The position numbers and the translations under genes are program-made. The notes beneath the pieces were generated by a model that was not told the DNA's origin, ran no database searches, and saw only the letters and a program-made list of their open reading frames with translations. A DNA stretch of 63,693 bases, the filler included, from Barthelona sp. PAP020 (taxonomy: Eukaryota): assembly GCA_040182905.1 (NCBI GenBank). It is 4 parts of 4 records of this genome, joined end to end, with 100 filler letters (N's around TTAATTAATTAA, not from the genome) between each part and the next. Parts side by side here need not be neighbours in the genome. Positions count along the whole stretch, not along the records: positions 1 to 15,865 come from JARQWU010000270.1; positions 15,966 to 31,838 come from JARQWU010000271.1; 2 more parts are not named here. One strand, given 5' to 3'. Shown here piece by piece: positions 11,551 through 21,614 of this stretch (position 1 is its first letter; each line of letters starts with the position of its first letter).

Positions 11551-12789
11551 ATGAGTGATTCAGCCATTAATCAACCTTTAATTGATGATTTGATCGTTAT
11601 TAAAGAGGAAGGTGCTTCAGTGCAAGCAACAACTTTTAATTTGGCAAATACTATCATTGGAGCCGGAGTATTGGCTTTACCTTATGCTTTTTCGTGTGCA
11701 GGATTAGGTGTTGGAATGTTTTTATTGATATTTACTGGATTTATGGCCATTTGTTCTTTCAAGTTTTTAGCTGATGCTTGTACTGAAACTCAACAATTTT
11801 CATATCGTGGCATATCTGAATATATATTTGGTACTGGAGTTGCTAAATATTTGGAATTATTTGTTACTGCTTATACTTTAGGTTCTTGTTGTGGTTATCC
11901 AATTATTATTTCTGATTCTGTTCCTCTAGTTTTGGATAAATATATAGAATCGAACTCATTTTTCATGACTAGACATGGTGTTATTTTGATTGTTGTTATA
12001 TTCATTTTTTTACCTTTTTCTATTCCTAAAAAGATTAATTTCTTAAGATTTACATCATTCATGTGTCTAATTTTTATTGCTTATTTGGTATTTTTAATTG
12101 TTTGGTGGTATCCTTCCCATCCTATTCCTTCAGAGCCAATTATTTATGTGAAAGCCAATCAACATTTGTTTTTGGCACTTCCATATCTTACTGTTTCTTT
12201 TACTGCTCATTACAACTTACCCAACCTCTATAAAGAATTGGAAGGCAGAAATCCAAAGAAAATGATGAAAGTTATTATTATGTCAGTTATTGTTTGTCTT
12301 ATTGCATATACTTTAGCTGGAGTTTTTGGGTATTTAAGTTGGAGAAGTGAAACAATGGATGATATTTTAAAGAATTACATTTCCAAGGATAAATTCGATA
12401 CATTATTGTTCTCTCTTGCAAGAATGGGAATTGCCATAGCAATAGGCTTTAGTTTTCCTTTAGTTCATTTTGCTTTGAGAAGAAGTTTACAATCCATAAT
12501 TTGGGGTAATGAAGATGAAGGTTGGACACGTCATTTAAGTTTGACCTTTGTTGTTATTAGTCTTTGTACCATTGTTGCTTGGAATGTTGAATCTTTGGGC
12601 ACCGTATTAGCTTTTTCGGGATCAATTGCTGGTATGTTTATTGTTTTCATTCTTCCTTCTTTATTCAAGATCAAATTGTCAAAATCTCGATTTTTTTCTA
12701 AAGACAATGCTTTACCTCTCTTTATTTTGATTATGGGTTGCATTTTTTCTGTATTAGGTACAATTGAAGCAATAAAAAGAGTCTTATGA
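11551..12789 (+). CDS. Amino-acid permease (Aa_trans / SLC38-AVT family)
   Basis: TFNLANTIIGAGVLALPYAF, SFTAHYN, FSFPL, ~11 hydrophobic helices. Confidence 0.92.
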   Translation: MSDSAINQPLIDDLIVIKEEGASVQATTFNLANTIIGAGVLALPYAFSCAGLGVGMFLLIFTGFMAICSFKFLADACTETQQFSYRGISEYIFGTGVAKYLELFVTAYTLGSCCGYPIIISDSVPLVLDKYIESNSFFMTRHGVILIVVIFIFLPFSIPKKINFLRFTSFMCLIFIAYLVFLIVWWYPSHPIPSEPIIYVKANQHLFLALPYLTVSFTAHYNLPNLYKELEGRNPKKMMKVIIMSVIVCLIAYTLAGVFGYLSWRSETMDDILKNYISKDKFDTLLFSLARMGIAIAIGFSFPLVHFALRRSLQSIIWGNEDEGWTRHLSLTFVVISLCTIVAWNVESLGTVLAFSGSIAGMFIVFILPSLFKIKLSKSRFFSKDNALPLFILIMGCIFSVLGTIEAIKRVL

Positions 12790-13056
12790 AACAAATAAAA
12801 GAATAAACAGCAAATTATTTATTTATTTTTTATAATGCAGGGAACTCTTTTTTTTTTATTTGTACAAAAGAAGCCTTTATCTTTACTCCCTTTACTTTAC
12901 ACTTAACATAAAGAAGTTGAAGAGATTGTATAAATTGAGTGTATTGTAAAACCTTCTCTCTTTAACAATATAAAAAAAATAAAAACAATGAAAGTAATTT
13001 ATTTATTCTTTGTAATGTCTTTGAAATGAAAAAACATTCAAAACAGAATGCGCTCA

Positions 13057-13761
13057 TCAAACACTAACCAAATTGCTATAGCTAAAGCTACTTGATCTTT
13101 CTCTGGGAGAATCATTGGGGTTCAACAATATCTGTTTCAAATGATTAATGATAACACCCATGGCAGCAACATTCATAGAACCATGAGGAATGATGATGTC
13201 AGCTTTCCTACGATTTGGAACAAGAAACTCTTCATACATTGGTTTTACATGCGCAAAGTATCTTTCAATGCAACTTTGAGGTGTAGCACCTCTTTCCGAT
13301 ACATCTCTCAAGATACGTCGGGCTAAACGTACATCATCATCAGTGTCTACTAAAACTGTTAATTTAGACATCTTAAGCAATTTATTTGAAGTCATTACTA
13401 AGATTCCTTCCACAACGATAACATCAAAAGAATCTTCAGGAATAATTTCAACCTCTTCCAACCTGGAAGATGTAACAAAATCATATTTTGGAATATGACA
13501 TTCTCTTCTGTTTCTTAAATCATCTAAACACTTTTCAAACAAATCCCAATCAATAGAATTTGGATGGTCAAAATTGTAAACATTCTTCTCAATTAACAAT
13601 CTTTCTTCATCTGTAGGTTGTTGATAAAAGCTGTCTTGTGATAAAATCATTGCACGAAAATCTAAATCTTGAAGTTCTTTAACAATGGATTTAGACACTG
13701 ATGTTTTGCCACTGGCTGAACCACCACCAACTATTAATATTTCAACGTCTGTAGTTTTCAT
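13057..13761 (-). CDS. URK1: Uridine/cytidine kinase
   Basis: GGGSASGKT P-loop, SQDSFY, NFDHP, YDF, VEGIL, DTDDDVRLARRILRD..ERG, VKPMYEEF, ADIIIP. Probable start MKTTDV at 13761. Confidence 0.93.
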   Translation of the reverse strand: MKTTDVEILIVGGGSASGKTSVSKSIVKELQDLDFRAMILSQDSFYQQPTDEERLLIEKNVYNFDHPNSIDWDLFEKCLDDLRNRRECHIPKYDFVTSSRLEEVEIIPEDSFDVIVVEGILVMTSNKLLKMSKLTVLVDTDDDVRLARRILRDVSERGATPQSCIERYFAHVKPMYEEFLVPNRRKADIIIPHGSMNVAAMGVIINHLKQILLNPNDSPRERSSSFSYSNLVSV

Positions 13762-14306
13762 TAAAACAAGTGAATGATATTGAAAATATATAAACAAAAT
13801 GATTGTTGCGATTGGATCAAAATCTTTCTTTTTTTGAAAGTTTTTCGAACATTAATTAATTATATTTTTGAAGATATTTAATGATAGTTGTAAAATATTG
13901 ACAATTAAAAAGGCAAAAAGAATAATTCTTCAAATTTCTTGAAAACCAGGATTTCATTTTTTGAGTAATTTATTAGACTTATTGTTGGTTTGTTGTTGCA
14001 GGTTTTATAATAACAAAACATTTGGAGTGTATTTTGCATGTTTCACATGTTTCACATGTTTTTTCTTGATGTTCAATATTTTCAAGGAAAAATTATTTGG
14101 TTGAATTTTATTGTGTTGGAGGTTAGTAATAATATAAAGTTACATTCAAAAGACAGTTTTTATGTTATTTAAACATTTTTTCTTTCCCTTTTTTCAAATG
14201 GCTCAACACATGCATATATTATGTAAAAGGAATAATCACTTTCTGTTGGATAATTCTAAATAAATACATTCATTTATTTATTTTAATTTTTTTTCATTTC
14301 TTAAAA

Positions 14307-14733
14307 ATGGCATTTCAAAATAGAAATCAAGAAATTGCAGGTGATGTGACTTGGGAGGATCAAAATAACATTTGTAACTTCTCTATAATGGTTAACAAGA
14401 GTTTACGTTTGAAAGAAGAAATTTCCGTATTACAAGTTGATTAATTTTTGATATATTTAATTCTAACATTAGAAACAATTGGCCACAGTGAAAGGTGCTG
14501 AAGATGATTTAATTATTGCTGATGATGAAGATGCCATTATGGTAAAATATGGTGATTGTTTTATGTTTGTTCAAAGTGATTTGGCAGAAGAAGCTGTGGC
14601 AAATGAAATGGCAAGATTAGTAGAAGTTATTGAAGCAAAACAACATAAATTATCGAATGTTCAACTAGAAATGTCCGGTTTACGTATTAAATTGAAATCC
14701 AAGTTTAAAGATGCTATTAATTTAGATTTATAA
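14307..14733 (+). CDS. PFDN4: Prefoldin subunit 4, two exons (14307-14435, 14473-14733)
   Basis: Exon 1 is 43 codons (MAFQ...DVTWEDQNNICNFS...LKEEISVLQ). It joins in frame to KQLATVKGAEDDLIIADD...YGDCF...LKSKFKDAINLDL after removing a 37-nt GT-AG intron. Matches PFDN4 motifs VTFEDQ, GDVF, KFG.NINLE. Confidence 0.92.
14436..14472 (+). other. 37-nt spliceosomal intron
   Basis: GTTGAT...TTCTAACATTAG; its removal restores the prefoldin-4 reading frame. Confidence 0.9.
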
Positions 14734-14876
14734 ATGTTTGTATGTCAGTTTTTGATTTTTTTTTTTTAAAATCTTCTACTTAAAACCGGCTTATTTCAAC
14801 TAAAAAAAAATAGGCAAATGAGCGACTTTTTTTAAAAAAGAAAAGAATTAATTACATTTTTACAAACTTTTTTATT

Positions 14877-15425
14877 TTATTCCATTTTAATAACAGTTTT
14901 AATACCATTGTTTTCTTTTTCTTCGAAAAAGGAAACATTTTTCATCTGCCCAGTTCTTGTTTTAACAACAAAATTATTTTGTACTTCAATTTTTGTGTTA
15001 ATTCCTTTTAATTCAAAAGCCGCAAGCCGTATTCTAAAAATTAACTCTGTTTTTTTGTCAGTTATTAATAAATAATCATATTCATTAGGAATACCCAAAC
15101 AAATAAAATTATCTGCGAATGTGCTGGTATAAACACAATTAATATCAAGAATATCTATTTTTCTATGCAATTTATAATTTAGAGGTTCAATGTTATATAA
15201 AAATCTAGTTGTAAGAATCAAAAATCTTCTTTGCATTCTGTTTTTTCTGTTGATTTTGATGACAATATCTGAAAATAAAATAGTAGTATCGTTATTTTCT
15301 TGTAAAATTCTCATTATCTGTTCGTCTTCAAAAAGATCCAAATGATCACCTTTAAAAATTTTTAAATCAGATGATCTTCTTCTATTTTTTAATGAAATAA
15401 AATCATCAGCTTTAATTTCATCCAT
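14877..15425 (-). CDS. Stand-alone myosin-I TH1 (PH-like) domain protein
   Basis: RRRSS...FKGDHL...ILFSDIVIKINRKNRMQRRFLILT..FLYNI...STFADNF...EYDYLL..DKKTEL is the Myosin_TH1 pattern; no motor domain upstream. Confidence 0.8.
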   Translation of the reverse strand: MDEIKADDFISLKNRRRSSDLKIFKGDHLDLFEDEQIMRILQENNDTTILFSDIVIKINRKNRMQRRFLILTTRFLYNIEPLNYKLHRKIDILDINCVYTSTFADNFICLGIPNEYDYLLITDKKTELIFRIRLAAFELKGINTKIEVQNNFVVKTRTGQMKNVSFFEEKENNGIKTVIKME

Positions 15426-15754
15426 TCTTCATGACAAAAATGAAAAAAAAAATCAACAAGGACGAAGTATTTTTGATTTCTTTGTTTTTAAATTTTTACA
15501 TCATTTCTATTTGTTTTTTACAATATATATATTCATATGAGATATAATGATAAATATTTATCAGTTCTTTTGATTTTTGTTCGAAAAACATGAAATCATT
15601 TACATAAATTTGTTAAAAGAATGGATAGACAAGGTATCTTCAACAGAATGACTTCAAAAATCAAAGCTTCCTTTGAAATTTTTTTTTTTCAATTTGAATT
15701 CGGGTATTTTTTTTTTCAAAATTTTTTCGTGAAAGCTATCATTAATTGAATATA

Positions 15755-15865
15755 ATGGATAGAAGAAGCATCGATGCACCACAGAAAGTGGTTATTTCTG
15801 CGTCACAATTTAAAGCTATGAAAAGTTTGGCACAACCTCGTGAAATTAGAAACAGACAGTTTTTA
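15755..15865 (+). CDS. 5' fragment of unknown gene, cut by contig end
   Basis: ATG-initiated frame MDRRSIDAPQKVVISASQFKAMKSLAQPREIRNRQFL stays open to the gap. Confidence 0.5.
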
Positions 15866-15965
15866 NNNNNNNNNNNNNNNNNNNNNNNNNNNNNNNNNNN
15901 NNNNNNNNNTTAATTAATTAANNNNNNNNNNNNNNNNNNNNNNNNNNNNNNNNNNNNNNNNNNNN
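15866..15965. other. Artificial contig spacer
   Basis: N44-TTAATTAATTAA-N44 (stop codons in all six frames). Confidence 0.98.
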
Positions 15966-16060
15966 TTGCGTTCAGCTTCTAATGTTGCTTGCTCTTCTTT
16001 TTTTAACTTTGCTTTCTGCGCTTTCGTTAATCTGCGTCCATTACTTGAACGTGGTGGCAT
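15966..16060 (-). CDS. 5' fragment of unknown basic/coiled-coil gene, cut by contig end
   Basis: MPPRSSNGRRLTKAQKAKLKKEEQATLEAER stays open to the gap. Confidence 0.55.
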
Positions 16061-16164
16061 TTTCTACGCTTACAAAAGAACTATACACTAAAAAAATTTG
16101 GAAAAAAAAAACACACGATATTTATTTTTTCAATCATCAACTCAAAAGTGAATAAAATATGCCA

Positions 16165-17292
16165 TTAATTTGATTTTCTGTTTACAATATACTCTAAATT
16201 ACATTTGGCTTCTTCATTGTCAGGATCAATAATGATACTTCTTTTTAAGTCAGAAATAGCTTCATCAATGTCACCAAGCTTATATTTTTCCCAGCCACGA
16301 CAAGCATATGCTTCACTATACTCATCATCCAACTCAATCAATTTGGAATACAATTCAATTTTTCTCTCTGTTTCCGTATCATAAAAAAGCTCATCATACA
16401 ATCCTACAAGCAAAGAATAATACTTAAAATTTTCAAGATTATTTGATTCAATCGATAATAATAGCTCAAAAGCTTCCTCAGAGTTTTCTTCCATAATAAG
16501 AAGTTCAGCTTTTATAATAATAGCATCATAATCTTCAGGATGATCAGATATATAAGGTTCTATGACTTGTAAACCTTCAGTTGATTCAAAATTTAAAATG
16601 CAAATTTTTGCAAAACATTTAGGGATAATGAAATCTTCATGAAATTCTTTAACAATATCAAACAAGTCTTCTGAATATTTCAAATTCATTTCTTCGACAG
16701 TATCCATAACAGCAAATAATAAATTCAAAACGTTTTCTATTGATTCAATGTTTTGCTTACAAATATTCAAATATTTAAAAGCAATATCAAACATAACATC
16801 AAATTCTTCATTTTCAAATAAATATTCCAAACATGCAAAAATATACCGGAAACAAAACTTAGAAATTTTCATCAACTCAAAACAAAAATCTTTTAACAAA
16901 GCAAAATTGTTAAATTCCGATAACACAATGCTATCAATTGATTTTTCTATGATGCTTTTCCTTTTAGAGTCAGTACGTTTTAATACATCAACACCAATTG
17001 AAATAACTTGTTGAAAATTTCTTTGATCATAATAAGCTTCACATTTCCAAATTAAACAATCAATTTTTTTGGTAATATCATAACTTTTGGAAAAAAAACT
17101 AATAGCTGTTGTGAAATGATTTAATTTATAATGAGCCATGGCATAAAAATATAAAACAGAGCCATATTCTTCTTTGCTGTGATTAAAAATTTCTTGACTT
17201 TCATTGGAATTCATTAATTCATCAACCTTTTCAATTATTTCACAAAAGAGACTTTTTTCAAACAAATTTTCTAATTCTTTCAATAAATTCAT
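16165..17292 (-). CDS. TPR-repeat protein
   Basis: TPR-like units (YAMAHYKLNHFTTAISFFSKS; EAYACRGWEKYKLGDIDEAISDLKRSIIIDPDNEEA). Confidence 0.8.
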   Translation of the reverse strand: MNLLKELENLFEKSLFCEIIEKVDELMNSNESQEIFNHSKEEYGSVLYFYAMAHYKLNHFTTAISFFSKSYDITKKIDCLIWKCEAYYDQRNFQQVISIGVDVLKRTDSKRKSIIEKSIDSIVLSEFNNFALLKDFCFELMKISKFCFRYIFACLEYLFENEEFDVMFDIAFKYLNICKQNIESIENVLNLLFAVMDTVEEMNLKYSEDLFDIVKEFHEDFIIPKCFAKICILNFESTEGLQVIEPYISDHPEDYDAIIIKAELLIMEENSEEAFELLLSIESNNLENFKYYSLLVGLYDELFYDTETERKIELYSKLIELDDEYSEAYACRGWEKYKLGDIDEAISDLKRSIIIDPDNEEAKCNLEYIVNRKSN

Positions 17293-17509
17293 ATTGTTAT
17301 TCAGTAATATTCAAAAAAATAACACCTAAACATCAATAATTTAAAAAAAATTATTAATCGTCTACCTTTCCGTTTTTCCCTTTCTTAGCAACTCTATTTG
17401 GTTTTTAAAAAACTTGAATAAAACAATATCAATTGGTCATTTTGATTTCCAAAAAAATTTTAGTTATGAATGATGAATTTACATTTTGTTTCTTTTTTTA
17501 GTGTTTTAT

Positions 17510-19417
17510 ATGAATGTTGATGATTCAGTGAAGAAATTAATCAAAGAATCGATTAGTCTATTGATGGATTGTGAACCTTTGGGGAGTTATAATCAGGTTC
17601 AAGACAGTTATCAAAAATTTAATGAAGTTTTGAAGCTAATATGCACACAACATTTAAGTATTTTATTATCGGATGAACTTGTTGATATTTATCAAGAATT
17701 TCGAGGATTATATTTGTTGGAGAGTTTTGTCAATCATATATTTCGCAACCAATTGTTTGATTTTTCAATTTTTCTTCAAAATTTTTTTGAAGCGTCATTT
17801 GATTATATTCCTTCGACATTTCAAAACAATTTTAAAAGAAAAGAGAAAGAATTGAAAACAAAATTTCAATTTTTATTGAAGAATTTTGCTGATTATTATA
17901 GTAATATGGATGTTGAAGGACAAAATAACATAAATTTAGAAATTATTAAAGAGAATGAAGCCTTTAAACAGATGATGGATTTGTATTCTGTTGTTGTTGT
18001 TCAACAATCAATTGTGAAAATATTAAATAACGTGTTAACCACAAATAATGAGGTAAAATCGCGGAAAGAAGCAATGAATGTTGTATTTTATAAGGATGAT
18101 AGTGTATCTGAAATTGGTTCTTCTTTACTTCAAAGTGCAAGTGCAAATCTGAGCAAAAGTGGCGAATTAACTGCATTTAAGTTATTGACACAACCTACCT
18201 ATACTTTTGATGATGACATTGTCACAAGAGAGAAAGATGATGTTGAAGAAGAAATAGTTCAATTAATGAATGAACTTAGTGAGATTGATTCAGACATATC
18301 CGATTTGGAAGAATTTATTCAGACCCATTCCAAGGATTTGAATGTTTCGTCCAACAAAAGTAGTGATGGGTTGGAAGAACAACCAATCATAAATAATCCA
18401 ATTGAAAAGGAAGAAATTATTGTGGAAGAAGAAGAAGAAGAAGAAGAAGAAGAAGAAGAAGAAGAAGAAATTGAAGAAGAAGAAATTGAAAAAGTAGTCG
18501 TGGAAGAAGAAGACGACGAGGAATTTCAATCACCTGAATCTTCTGACTATTCGGATATTGACAATCTATATCGTAATCTTAATACTCCCAAACAAAATTC
18601 TGATTCCCCATTGTTTGATATTCAAACTACAAATGATTTCCAAACACCAAGCATACATAGTACAAACGATGAAGGTCAATTGAATGATTGGTCCATTGAA
18701 ATTGATGATTTTTTGCATAGATGCTCAGATTTGATTTGCGAACGTGAAGAACCTTTATTATTTATTTGTATGGAACCAAATTTACAAAATCAGTTGATAA
18801 GTTTGACAAATCTACATACCATTGAGCAAAATAGAATTGAATGTTTGAAATTATCAAAAAAGACAGTTGATGAAGCCGTTGAAAATTCAAGAAGTCGAAT
18901 TTTCTCTTTGTCAAATCTCTACATAAATTCATGCGATGTTTCAAGTTTCAATCCTTCGTCAAAAAAAAATTATGAAACAGAAGGATTTTTAGATGGTGTG
19001 TTGGATACTGAAGTTGATAAAAATGAGCATGTTGTTCATTTTATTACCCCCAAAAAAGCTTCTTCAAAAAATGATTTAAAGAATGTCAATCAAAAGAAAA
19101 CTCCTCATATGAAAACAAAATTAAGATCTCAACAGCGTTCAAAAGCTTCATTACCAGCAGGTATTGAAGAAGAAGATTTATTTATTCCGGATTCACTTTT
19201 ATTCAAGAAGAAAAGGAAGAGATTGGATTGGAAAGACTGGGAAGTTTGGAATCTAGTCAAAGGTATTGAAGATTATGGACAAAATTGGGTGACAATTTTA
19301 CAACATTATGAATTTCATCCAAAGAGAACGAATGTAAGTTTAAAAAAGAAATGGGACACAATGAGAATGAATCCAAATCATTATAAAAAGTATTTGAAAT
19401 TGGTATCGTCTTTGTAA
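17510..19417 (+). CDS. Protein with C-terminal single Myb (telobox/TRF-like) domain and acidic poly-Glu region
   Basis: KRKRLDWKDWEVWNLVKGIEDYGQNWVTILQHYEFHPKRTNVSLKKKWDTM resembles the TRF-type Myb domain. Start MNVDD at 17510. Confidence 0.75.
   Translation: MNVDDSVKKLIKESISLLMDCEPLGSYNQVQDSYQKFNEVLKLICTQHLSILLSDELVDIYQEFRGLYLLESFVNHIFRNQLFDFSIFLQNFFEASFDYIPSTFQNNFKRKEKELKTKFQFLLKNFADYYSNMDVEGQNNINLEIIKENEAFKQMMDLYSVVVVQQSIVKILNNVLTTNNEVKSRKEAMNVVFYKDDSVSEIGSSLLQSASANLSKSGELTAFKLLTQPTYTFDDDIVTREKDDVEEEIVQLMNELSEIDSDISDLEEFIQTHSKDLNVSSNKSSDGLEEQPIINNPIEKEEIIVEEEEEEEEEEEEEEEIEEEEIEKVVVEEEDDEEFQSPESSDYSDIDNLYRNLNTPKQNSDSPLFDIQTTNDFQTPSIHSTNDEGQLNDWSIEIDDFLHRCSDLICEREEPLLFICMEPNLQNQLISLTNLHTIEQNRIECLKLSKKTVDEAVENSRSRIFSLSNLYINSCDVSSFNPSSKKNYETEGFLDGVLDTEVDKNEHVVHFITPKKASSKNDLKNVNQKKTPHMKTKLRSQQRSKASLPAGIEEEDLFIPDSLLFKKKRKRLDWKDWEVWNLVKGIEDYGQNWVTILQHYEFHPKRTNVSLKKKWDTMRMNPNHYKKYLKLVSSL
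18425..18469 (+). repeat. (GAA)15 microsatellite encoding poly-Glu
   Basis: 15 perfect GAA copies in frame within the Myb gene. Confidence 0.95.
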
Positions 19418-19491
19418 ATGTAGTGTTTAAAAAAAAAAATTTTTTTTTCTTTTTCTTTCAAAATTTTTATATATTTAGAATGAATGAATGA

Positions 19492-20808
19492 ATGAGTAAT
19501 TTTGATGAAAATGATTTTAATGATATAGATGCTTTAATATTATCGACAAGAATAAAGAAACGAGATCATTTCAAAATAAATAATTTAAAAAATCCATCAT
19601 CTTCGCCTGAATTGATAATTGAATCTGATTTGAGTGCTAATTCAGATTTTGAAGAGGAAGAAGAAGAAGAAGAAGAAGAAAAAATGAAGGTTTCGTTTGA
19701 AGATAATAACAAAAGAAAATATATAAATAGTTGGGGACAATTTCAAATTACACCAAAGTTTGATCTGAGTACTCAAAAAAATACTGTTGAGATTGGTATT
19801 AATACAGAGAAATTAAAAGTTTTTGATGCAATGGTTCAAGTTTACATGTCAACTGAAGAAGAAATAATGTATAAACAACAAATAAAAAAATATTTGAATA
19901 GGATTTCTGTGGAAGAAGATCGAAACGATACCTTAGAAAAGGAGAATAACAAATTGTTTTCAAAATTACAAAACAAACAAAAAGTCATAGATGAGATCGA
20001 AAAGAATTTTCAGGACCATGAAAAATTGCATAATATGACTTTGCAAAAGAATCAACAATTGCAATTACAATTGAAGAATTTAGGTGAAGAAATTGTTAAA
20101 AAAGAACAAATTATTGAAGAAAAATCATCAATAATAGCTGAAATAAATCAAAAAAACTCTAATTTATTGGAAAAGCAATCTGACTATGATCAATTAAAAA
20201 AAGATAATGAAATTTTGCTTACTGATAATCAAACTTTGAAGGAACAACTTCGTTTACTACACTCATCATTGGAAAATGTCTTTGCTGAAAATTCACGTCT
20301 TTCTAACGAAGTAAAGATTTCTTATATGGCTATTCGTGGGTTGGAAAATGAACTAAATTCATTAAAGACTTTTGATAACACAAGTATTGGTGGTCACGAG
20401 GCTTATCATGAAATTTCAAATGAAAATAACACATCAAACACAGGATTTAATCATTTTACTAAATCTTACGCTTCTTTACCTTTAAATGTTGTGAAGTCTT
20501 TTGAAAATCCTTCAATTCAAAAAGTTTTATCGCCAAATTCACAAATTTTTGAACAAACAAGAAATGAAGTGAAATCACATATTTCATTTGAAAAAATATC
20601 TTCTAAAACTAGCCCAATTTTTGTAGAAAATACCTCTTTGAACTTTCAATCTGGAGAGTCAAAAATTCAAGAGGTTCCATTTCAAAAGGATACATATCCA
20701 TTGCGAAAAGATACAGAAGGTGTTGAAACTGTTGTTTCAGGAATGGTAATCACAAATCTAACCTCTTCTAAGCCTTTGACAAATAGAAGTGAATTCTTTA
20801 GAAAATAA
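19492..20808 (+). CDS. Coiled-coil protein, unknown function
   Basis: 438-aa ORF with a central heptad-rich E/K/Q/L region. Confidence 0.7.
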   Translation: MSNFDENDFNDIDALILSTRIKKRDHFKINNLKNPSSSPELIIESDLSANSDFEEEEEEEEEEKMKVSFEDNNKRKYINSWGQFQITPKFDLSTQKNTVEIGINTEKLKVFDAMVQVYMSTEEEIMYKQQIKKYLNRISVEEDRNDTLEKENNKLFSKLQNKQKVIDEIEKNFQDHEKLHNMTLQKNQQLQLQLKNLGEEIVKKEQIIEEKSSIIAEINQKNSNLLEKQSDYDQLKKDNEILLTDNQTLKEQLRLLHSSLENVFAENSRLSNEVKISYMAIRGLENELNSLKTFDNTSIGGHEAYHEISNENNTSNTGFNHFTKSYASLPLNVVKSFENPSIQKVLSPNSQIFEQTRNEVKSHISFEKISSKTSPIFVENTSLNFQSGESKIQEVPFQKDTYPLRKDTEGVETVVSGMVITNLTSSKPLTNRSEFFRK

Positions 20809-21109
20809 ACTGTTGTTTTTTCAATTATTTATTTTTTGTTGACCTTTTTTGCTTTCATTGAGTCAATTTAATTTCCTCATTTGAGAATTCTCATTTGATA
20901 AAACAAAGAATTGTTTTTTTTTTTGACTATCAAATTAAAAGAAAGTTTTTTTGTTTAATATGTCTTTTTACAAAAAATATATTTAGACTTATGAATGTAA
21001 ATCAATTTTAAATAAAAATTTTTGTCACATAAAAAAAAAAGAAGGGGAAAACTGTTGATTGAAAAAAAAAAATCCAAAAATCTCTTGTTCTTTTTTTTTT
21101 ATATAGAAA

Positions 21110-21523
21110 ATGCCTGTTTATTTTGGTTCTGAAACCGGAAACTCTGAAGAATTTGCTGAAACAATTGGTGAAATGTTGTCTTTTGATGTTGCCAGTCTTG
21201 AAGATGTTGAAAGTTTTGAAGATGATGATGTCATCATTATTATTTGTTCAACTCAAGGTGATGGTGATATGCCTTCTTCTGTTGAAGATATATGGGAATC
21301 ACTTAATAATGATGAACCTGATTTATCTGGAAAGAAGTTTGCTGTTTGTGGATTAGGTGATTCTTCTTATGATGAATTTTGTAAAGCTGGTAGATTATGG
21401 TTCAATTTCTTGAAGAAATGTGGTGCTGAACCCATTTTGGATAAGTATTACACTGTTGATGATTCTGGTGATGCTGAAGATGATATGGAAAAGTTCAAAA
21501 CTGATTTAGAGGCTGCCTTCTAG
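21110..21523 (+). CDS. Short-chain flavodoxin
   Basis: FMN-binding loops YFGSETGNSEEFA, CSTQGDGDMP, AVCGLGDSSYDEFC; 137 aa, very acidic. Confidence 0.92.
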   Translation: MPVYFGSETGNSEEFAETIGEMLSFDVASLEDVESFEDDDVIIIICSTQGDGDMPSSVEDIWESLNNDEPDLSGKKFAVCGLGDSSYDEFCKAGRLWFNFLKKCGAEPILDKYYTVDDSGDAEDDMEKFKTDLEAAF

Positions 21524-21614
21524 ATATTTTATAAATAATGTGTGTATTTTTTGTTTTTAGTTTTGAATAAGGAATTTTTTTTGTTTTTCCATCAAATATT
21601 TTTTCTGAAGCATA

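Noticed and set aside
15866..15965. TTAATTAATTAA palindrome in N-runs recurring every ~15.9 kb (also 31839-31938, 47777-47876)
   Set aside because: Artificial concatenation spacer. The periodicity reflects similar contig lengths, and adjacency across the gaps has no biological meaning.
18290..18529. Poly-Phe antisense ORF and other short ORFs overlapping long genes
   Set aside because: Reverse-strand read of the GAA tract and shadow ORFs of real genes.
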